28,340 nucleotides of DNA. Source: Oscillospiraceae bacterium. GTDB lineage: Bacteria > Bacillota > Clostridia > Oscillospirales > UBA929. The position numbers and the translations under genes were made by a program. Positions 22,877 through 28,340 of this stretch are shown piece by piece. Below the pieces are notes generated by a model that saw only the letters and a program-made list of their open reading frames with translations, had not been told where the DNA came from and did no database searches. Each line of letters begins with the position of its first letter. Positions within the stretch are counted from its first letter, which is position 1. The DNA lies in NCBI GenBank assembly GCA_031258665.1, contig JAIRML010000288.1, positions 1 to 28,340 of the forward strand. Reading direction: 5' to 3'.

Positions 22877-24754
22877 ATGTGTGGAATGAAGAGGAATGAG
22901 CATACGGGGATGAGGATAGGGCACAAGATAGTCCTGAGTATCTATGCCGTTCTTCTGCCGACGTTTCTTATCGTAGAAAGCATCATTTACTGGAACAGCC
23001 ATTCCGCCGTCATCAGTGAACGCACGCGGCAGTATAAGCGCGCCGTTTCGTCCATCGACGAAAACATTGGATACCTGGAGCAGGACATGTTGGAAATCGC
23101 GACCTATCTCTCCATCAATTATGAAATACAGAGGGTTCTGATGTCCGACCCTGAAGAGACCGCGGAAGATCCCCTCTTTTGGTCAAACAAAACGCCGGTC
23201 AATGTCATAAAAGACATATTGGCCGTAAAAACGAAGATTGCGACGGTCGCGCTTTATCCAGAAAACGGGCTCAGGCCTTTTACCATAAGCCGCGACAGGA
23301 GTGTTTTCGCCCCCAATATCGCCAATCTTCGGGGGCTGGACATTTATAAGAGAGCCGCAGCAGGGAACGGCGTCATCGTTTGGAGCCGGGTAAACAGCGA
23401 TGATATTGGGCTTTTTATCAACAACCGTTCAGACAAAATCGTCGCCTGCAGTGAACTGTATGATTTGTCTAAGAGACGCAAACTGGGCTTTCTGTCACTC
23501 GGCATTGATTTGGAGGGATACGAAAGCATATGCGCGAACGCCATGCCTCAGAACAACGAGGCTGTCCTTATCTTCGACTCCGACGGCAGCGAGATGTTCC
23601 GATACGGCGACGTGCCGGACGAAGCCGCCGCGTGGCTCAGGGAGCGTGATCCAAACGTCACGGATGAGCCGTTGGAATACGAGAAATACTACATATTTTC
23701 TCAGCGCCGTGAGACATCGGGTCAGACGATCTTTTATCTGTCCAGAAAAAGCGACTGGGACGCGTGGACAAGAAGCGGGTTCCTGATCACATGCCTGTCG
23801 GCACTTGCTCTTTTGGGAGGGGTATGGCCGCTGTCCTCGTTCGCCTCACGGATCGTTACCCGGCCGATTATGCTGCTCTACGCCTCCATGAATAAGTTTA
23901 AGAGCGGCGATTTCAACCAGCAGGTACATGTCGAGGGAAATGATGAAATTTCTGAGCTGGCCGAAACATTTAATACCATGGTGAGCGATATCCGCGAGCA
24001 AATCGACAAGAATTATGTGTTGGCTTTGAGAGAGAAGCAGAGCGAACTGAATGCGCTCCAAGCGCAGATCAATCCGCATTTCCTCTACAACGCGCTGGAC
24101 GCGCTTTACTGGCAAGCGACGGAATGCTGTCAAGAGCGGCTTGCGGACGATATATTGGCGATGTCGGAATTGTTCCGTATGCTGCTCTCCAACGGCAACA
24201 GCGAGGTTACGGTGGAACAGGAACTGAAAATTGTGCGCCACTATCTGCAAATTCAAAAATTACGTTTTGACAAAAAAATGAACTACAGCATTGAGGTGGA
24301 GAACGAACTGCTTCCATACCAGATCCCAAAGCTGATTATCCAGCCATTTGTAGAGAACGCCATTGTCCATGGGATGGAAAAGAATGGAACGTGGGGCCGC
24401 ATTCGAATCACCGGCCGCATAGACGGCGACTTCCTCTCGTTCACCGTCGAAGACAGCGGGATCGGCATGTCAAATGAGAGAATTCAGGAGATCTTAAAGG
24501 CAAAGGACGACGACCGGTACGCCTACCAAAGGGTGGGACATTACGCTGTCAGAAATGTGAAGGAGCGCATGAATCTGCGCTACGGCGCTGCGGCGGAACT
24601 CACCATCGAGAGCGAGCTGAATATCGGCACAAAAGTTCAGATCAAATTGCCACTGATAGTGCCTTGTTGCCGCGAAGCGGCAGCAAAAAACAAGAATTTG
24701 GGTTGTGGGTTGCAGGGGCAGCCCACGTGGGAACGAAATGAGGCGGGGCTATGA
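22877..24754 (+). CDS. YesM-like sensor histidine kinase (HAMP + His_kinase + HATPase)
   Basis: Two TM segments, HAMP (DEISELAETFNTM), LQAQINPHFLYNAL, QPFVENAIVHG, VEDSGIGM and GTKVQIKLP. Start uncertain (22877, 22886 or 22910). Confidence 0.93.
   Translation: MCGMKRNEHTGMRIGHKIVLSIYAVLLPTFLIVESIIYWNSHSAVISERTRQYKRAVSSIDENIGYLEQDMLEIATYLSINYEIQRVLMSDPEETAEDPLFWSNKTPVNVIKDILAVKTKIATVALYPENGLRPFTISRDRSVFAPNIANLRGLDIYKRAAAGNGVIVWSRVNSDDIGLFINNRSDKIVACSELYDLSKRRKLGFLSLGIDLEGYESICANAMPQNNEAVLIFDSDGSEMFRYGDVPDEAAAWLRERDPNVTDEPLEYEKYYIFSQRRETSGQTIFYLSRKSDWDAWTRSGFLITCLSALALLGGVWPLSSFASRIVTRPIMLLYASMNKFKSGDFNQQVHVEGNDEISELAETFNTMVSDIREQIDKNYVLALREKQSELNALQAQINPHFLYNALDALYWQATECCQERLADDILAMSELFRMLLSNGNSEVTVEQELKIVRHYLQIQKLRFDKKMNYSIEVENELLPYQIPKLIIQPFVENAIVHGMEKNGTWGRIRITGRIDGDFLSFTVEDSGIGMSNERIQEILKAKDDDRYAYQRVGHYAVRNVKERMNLRYGAAAELTIESELNIGTKVQIKLPLIVPCCREAAAKNKNLGCGLQGQPTWERNEAGL
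24659..24728 (+). repeat. REP-like two-hairpin element, locus G (inside the kinase reading frame)
   Basis: GTGCC TTGTTGCCGC-GAA-GCGGCAGCAA AAAACAAGAATTT GGGTTGT GGGTTGC-AGGG-GCAGCCC AC, upstream of the kinase stop at 24752-24754. Confidence 0.9.
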
Positions 24755-25491
24755 GCGATTCGAAAATCAGTCTGCTGATTGCCGAGGACGAGGAACGGGT
24801 GCGGGGAAGTCTGAAGTCCTTCATCAGCAAAAACGCCGATTATGTCTCCGAGATTTACTGCGCCGCCAACGGGCAGGAAGCCATCGACATCATTATTCAG
24901 TACAACCCCGATGTCATGCTGTTGGACATCAAAATGCCGATTAAGAGTGGAATCGATGTCATGAAAGAGGCATCCGCCATTGGCATACTGCCCAAAACCA
25001 TTGTTATATCAAGTTACGACAAATTTGAATACGCCCAGCTGGCGCTGCGCTACGGCGCGATGGAGTATTTGCTGAAACCCACAGCTACATCCGACATTCT
25101 TCGCGCGATTTGGAGTGTTTATAAAAGGGAACCGCCTCGCGGAAATGAGCAGAAAAAATCGGCCGTGTTGAACAGTTTTATCAGCAACGCTCTCGACTAT
25201 ATGAACCGCCATTATCCCGATGAATTGACGCTGACGATTGTCGCGGAACATATTGGGATAACACCAAATTATCTCTCGACCTTGTTTAAACGCACCCTCG
25301 GATGCGGATTCATAGATTGCCTCAACCAAATCCGGGTGGAACGCGCTTGTGACTATTTTGTGGACAACAAGATGAAAACCTATGAGGTGGCGTATAAGGT
25401 CGGTTATCGCGATGAAAAATATTTTTCTACCGTCTTCAAAAAAACAAAAGGTATGAGCCCATCCGAGTACCGCAAAAATCATAAGGGGTGA
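24751..25491 (+). CDS. YesN-like response regulator (receiver + AraC HTH)
   Basis: IAEDE, phosphoacceptor LLDIKMP..SG, YLLKP, LSTLFK..LG..F, YEVAYKVGY.D.KYFS..FKK..GMSPSEYR. ATGA overlap with the kinase. Confidence 0.94.
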   Translation: MSDSKISLLIAEDEERVRGSLKSFISKNADYVSEIYCAANGQEAIDIIIQYNPDVMLLDIKMPIKSGIDVMKEASAIGILPKTIVISSYDKFEYAQLALRYGAMEYLLKPTATSDILRAIWSVYKREPPRGNEQKKSAVLNSFISNALDYMNRHYPDELTLTIVAEHIGITPNYLSTLFKRTLGCGFIDCLNQIRVERACDYFVDNKMKTYEVAYKVGYRDEKYFSTVFKKTKGMSPSEYRKNHKG

Positions 25492-25497
25492 CAATCT

Positions 25498-26859
25498 ATG
25501 GAGAACATAACAAAGTTTGACCCGAGGGCGCTGCGTCTGTTTACAACCGCTTTTGGCGGCGGCCAAAAAACTGAAATATCATCCGTCCATACTTTTTCCG
25601 ACGACAACGGCGTTGAGAACGATGTCGTCAACATTCACCCCGAAATTGTGTATCAGACGTTCGAGGGGTTTGGAGGGGCCTTTACAGACGCGGCGGGTTA
25701 CGTTTTTTCACTGATGCCGAAAAAGGAACGCAGGCGTCTGATCGAGGCGTATTTCGGTGAGGGCGGCGCGGGGTATACGGCGGGGCGGATTCATCTGGAC
25801 AGCTGCGATTTTTCGGTTGGGCATTACGAGGCCGTGGAACCGAACGACGAAACACTCGCCACATTCAACCTCAGTAGGGCCGTAAAATACATCAGGCCGC
25901 TTCTGGATGCGGCACAAAGCGCCTACGGGAAGCAAATACCGCTCATGGCGTCTCTGTGGAGCCCGCCCGCCTTTATGAAATCAAACGGCGCGCGCAACGG
26001 CGGCGGCCAACTGCTCAAAAAGTACTATCCGCTGTTTGCGGAATATATATGCCGATACATCGCGGAACTTAAAAAAATCGACTTTCACATAGTCCGGCTC
26101 GCCGCCCAAAACGAGCCGAAGGCTGTTCAAATATGGGATTCGTGCGTATATACGGCGGAAGAAGAACGGGATTTTCTCGTCAACTATCTTCGTCCCGCTC
26201 TTGATGAGAACGGCTGCGACGATATAAAGCTGCTTTTTTGGGATCATAACAAAGAGCGATTGTACGAACGCGCGGCTGCGGTGGCGGGTGAGCGGGTATC
26301 TGGCGTTTTTGAGGGCATCGCATTTCACTGGTACAGCGGGGATCATTTCGAGGCTGTCGACCTTGTCCGCAGCCGTTTTCCCCATCTTAAACTGGTGCAA
26401 TCTGAGGCGAGTGTGGAGTTTCTCAAGTTTGACAGGAACGATATCGGCGCGGCGGCCAAATATGCCCACGAACTCATAGGGAACATCAACGCCGGTATGC
26501 ACGCCTTTTATGACTGGAACATTGTTCTCGACCAGGAGGGCGGCCCGAATCACGCCAAAAACTTCTGCGATGCGCCGTTCTTGTTCGACACCTGTACGTC
26601 CAAATTGGAGGAGCGCCCCGTGTACTCATATATTTCCCATTTCTCCCGATATATCAGGCCAGGCGCTCTCAGGGTCGCGTTCTCACGCTACACCGCCGAT
26701 CTGGACGTGACGGCACTGAAAAATCCGGACGGTGCGGTCATATCCGTCATTCTCAACCGCGGCACTGACGAAAAAAAAGTTGTCCTGCGCATCGGCGATA
26801 AAGCCACGGACATTCGCGTACCCGGCGTTTCAATATCCACCGCGGCCATTGATTTTTGA
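25498..26859 (+). CDS. Glycoside hydrolase family 30 (glucosylceramidase-like), no signal peptide
   Basis: GFGGAFTDAA, SCDFS, SLWSPPAFMK, acid/base QNEP, WDHNK, FHWY, nucleophile-position SEAS, DWNIVL and HFSRYIRPGA. Confidence 0.9.
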   Translation: MENITKFDPRALRLFTTAFGGGQKTEISSVHTFSDDNGVENDVVNIHPEIVYQTFEGFGGAFTDAAGYVFSLMPKKERRRLIEAYFGEGGAGYTAGRIHLDSCDFSVGHYEAVEPNDETLATFNLSRAVKYIRPLLDAAQSAYGKQIPLMASLWSPPAFMKSNGARNGGGQLLKKYYPLFAEYICRYIAELKKIDFHIVRLAAQNEPKAVQIWDSCVYTAEEERDFLVNYLRPALDENGCDDIKLLFWDHNKERLYERAAAVAGERVSGVFEGIAFHWYSGDHFEAVDLVRSRFPHLKLVQSEASVEFLKFDRNDIGAAAKYAHELIGNINAGMHAFYDWNIVLDQEGGPNHAKNFCDAPFLFDTCTSKLEERPVYSYISHFSRYIRPGALRVAFSRYTADLDVTALKNPDGAVISVILNRGTDEKKVVLRIGDKATDIRVPGVSISTAAIDF

Positions 26860-26900
26860 TTCCACTGCAAAAAGGCTAAGGAACGGACTGGATATCCAGT

Positions 26901-26940
26901 ATAAAGGCCCTCGTTCATTATATTTTTGCAGTAAAATCAT
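26901..26940 (+). promoter_or_regulatory. 40-bp conserved box, copy 2 (upstream of the ABC ATPase gene)
   Basis: ATAAAGGCCCTCGTTCATTATATTTTTGCAGTAAAATCAT. Confidence 0.7.
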
Positions 26941-26965
26941 TTTTGGTGAAAGAAGGAGAAAGGCA

Positions 26966-28084
26966 ATGGCGGGGATTACTTTCAAAAATGTGACCAAAAG
27001 TTACAGAAACCATGTGATGGTTGTGCCGGGCTTGAATTTTGAGATCAAAGACAAGGAATTTGTTGTGCTCGTGGGCCCTTCCGGTTGCGGCAAATCGACC
27101 ACGCTCCGTATGATCGCAGGCTTGGAAGCGGTGACGTCCGGCGAGATCCTCATAGGAGAAAAAGTGGTGAACAATGTGGCGCCGAAAGACAGGGACATTG
27201 CGATGGTCTTTCAGAACTACGCGCTTTACCCCCATATGACGATCTATAAAAACATGGCCTTCGCTTTGAAAATACGCAAAATTCCGAAAGATATAATCGA
27301 CAAAAAGGTGCGCGAAACCGCTGCTATACTCGACATCTCTGACTATTTGGACAGAAAACCGAAAGAACTGTCGGGTGGGCAGCGCCAACGCGTGGCGCTG
27401 GGGCGGGCCATGGTGCGCGATCCCGCCGTATTTCTGCTTGACGAGCCGCTTTCCAATTTGGACGCGAAACTGCGAACCGAGATGCGCGGCCAGATTATTG
27501 AGCTTCAACGCAAACTGGAGGCGACGTTCGTTTATGTCACGCATGATCAGACAGAAGCCATGACAATGGCCGATCGTATCATCGTAATGAAAGGTGGTGA
27601 GATCCAACAGAGCGATACGCCGCAGGTGTTGTACGATGCCCCGGATAACAGATTTGTGGCGGGGTTTATCGGTTCGCCGGAAATGAATTTTTGGGATGCG
27701 TCTGTTGCTGTTGAAGGTGACGATGTATTTCTGGAATTCTGCGGAGTGAGTATACAGATGCCGAGAAATCGCGCCGCCGCATTGAAGAGTTATTCGGGAA
27801 AATCTGTCATGATTGGCATAAGACCAGAAGATATTCATTGGTGCGATAGCAATGAAAAAGGTAGTGGTATTTTTTCATCAAATGTTGCTATTGTCGAGAT
27901 GATGGGTTCCGAATTGTTCCTCTATCTCGACTTCAATGGCAACCGTGTTCGCGCGCGGGTCCCGGCGAGATTTGGGATTCGTTCAGGAGATAAAATCAAT
28001 CTGTCTTTCGATATCAATAAGTTTCATATATTCGATGAACAAACGGAAAAAACGATTGAGCAAGGGCGGCCCGGGGGCGCATAA
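26966..28084 (+). CDS. Carbohydrate ABC transporter ATP-binding protein (MalK/MsmK/UgpC-like)
   Basis: AAGGAG RBS. Walker A GPSGCGKS, VFQNYALYPHM, LSGGQRQRVALGRA, Walker B LLDEPLSNLDAKLR and YVTHDQTEAMT. Confidence 0.96.
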   Translation: MAGITFKNVTKSYRNHVMVVPGLNFEIKDKEFVVLVGPSGCGKSTTLRMIAGLEAVTSGEILIGEKVVNNVAPKDRDIAMVFQNYALYPHMTIYKNMAFALKIRKIPKDIIDKKVRETAAILDISDYLDRKPKELSGGQRQRVALGRAMVRDPAVFLLDEPLSNLDAKLRTEMRGQIIELQRKLEATFVYVTHDQTEAMTMADRIIVMKGGEIQQSDTPQVLYDAPDNRFVAGFIGSPEMNFWDASVAVEGDDVFLEFCGVSIQMPRNRAAALKSYSGKSVMIGIRPEDIHWCDSNEKGSGIFSSNVAIVEMMGSELFLYLDFNGNRVRARVPARFGIRSGDKINLSFDINKFHIFDEQTEKTIEQGRPGGA

Positions 28085-28133
28085 TCTTCTAAACCCATTG
28101 CGTTAAAACGATCCCGTTTGTGAGGGATATGAT

Positions 28134-28209
28134 AGACACATCCGCGTTTGCGGCGTTCTTTTAAAAAGGTATACCTTTTCAAAAGTGTGCCACAAACGCG
28201 GATGTGTCT
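28134..28209. repeat. 76-bp near-perfect palindrome (second repeat family)
   Basis: Perfect 17-bp arms AGACACATCCGCGTTTG / CAAACGCGGATGTGTCT around the core CTTTTAAAAAGGTATACCTTTTCAAAAG. Confidence 0.88.
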
Positions 28210-28308
28210 TGCTATGTTCACCACAATTTGCAAAACTGATGGGTCGATGCAGCGTTTTCTTGTATATTTTAACCGAATTGCAGAAGGAAGATGTCCGGAA
28301 ATAACACC

Positions 28309-28340
28309 TTCAAAAAGGTATACCTTTTTAAAAGAACGCC
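28309..28340 (-). repeat. Inverted partial second copy of the 28134 palindrome, cut by the window end
   Basis: 28313-28340 is the exact reverse complement of 28152-28179 (GGCGTTCTTTTAAAAAGGTATACCTTTT). Confidence 0.85.

Noticed and set aside
28024-28233. 69-aa minus-strand ORF
   Set aside because: It overlaps the ATPase 3' end and is largely the translation of the 76-bp palindrome, with no RBS or family motif.
1-28340. Transposase, integrase, RAYT, cas or phage genes
   Set aside because: No ORF in the window shows DDE, HUH/Y1, tyrosine or serine recombinase, Cas or phage motifs.

Overview
High-GC, Clostridia-like (Firmicutes-type) chromosomal segment with no recognisable RNA genes, CRISPR array or transposase. 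Left part: a minus-strand iorA-iorB-paaK aromatic 2-oxoacid/aryl-acid cluster (paaK runs off the window), divergent from an Rrf2 regulator, then an HSL-type esterase. Next is a sortase-type surface protein split by one frameshift, followed by prmA, a PadR regulator, thrS, trxB, an amidohydrolase and hpf. Right part (14.7-28.1 kb): a lower-GC, all-plus-strand beta-glucan utilisation locus with a 1,600-aa multimodular secreted GH55, a carbohydrate ABC transporter, a YesMN-like two-component system, a cytoplasmic GH30 and an ABC ATPase. A 40-bp box is duplicated upstream of two of its transcription units. The most striking non-coding signal is a dispersed ~73-75 bp two-hairpin REP-like element at 7 loci. 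Its GCGAAGC hairpin loop occurs in both orientations relative to the element, two tandem copies make up most of the thrS leader, and one copy is translated in frame as part of the sensor kinase C-terminus. A second, unrelated palindrome family appears at the right end, and several short tandem duplications sit at gene boundaries, including a triplicated trxB 3' end. All product calls come from motif recognition by eye; no database searches were run.
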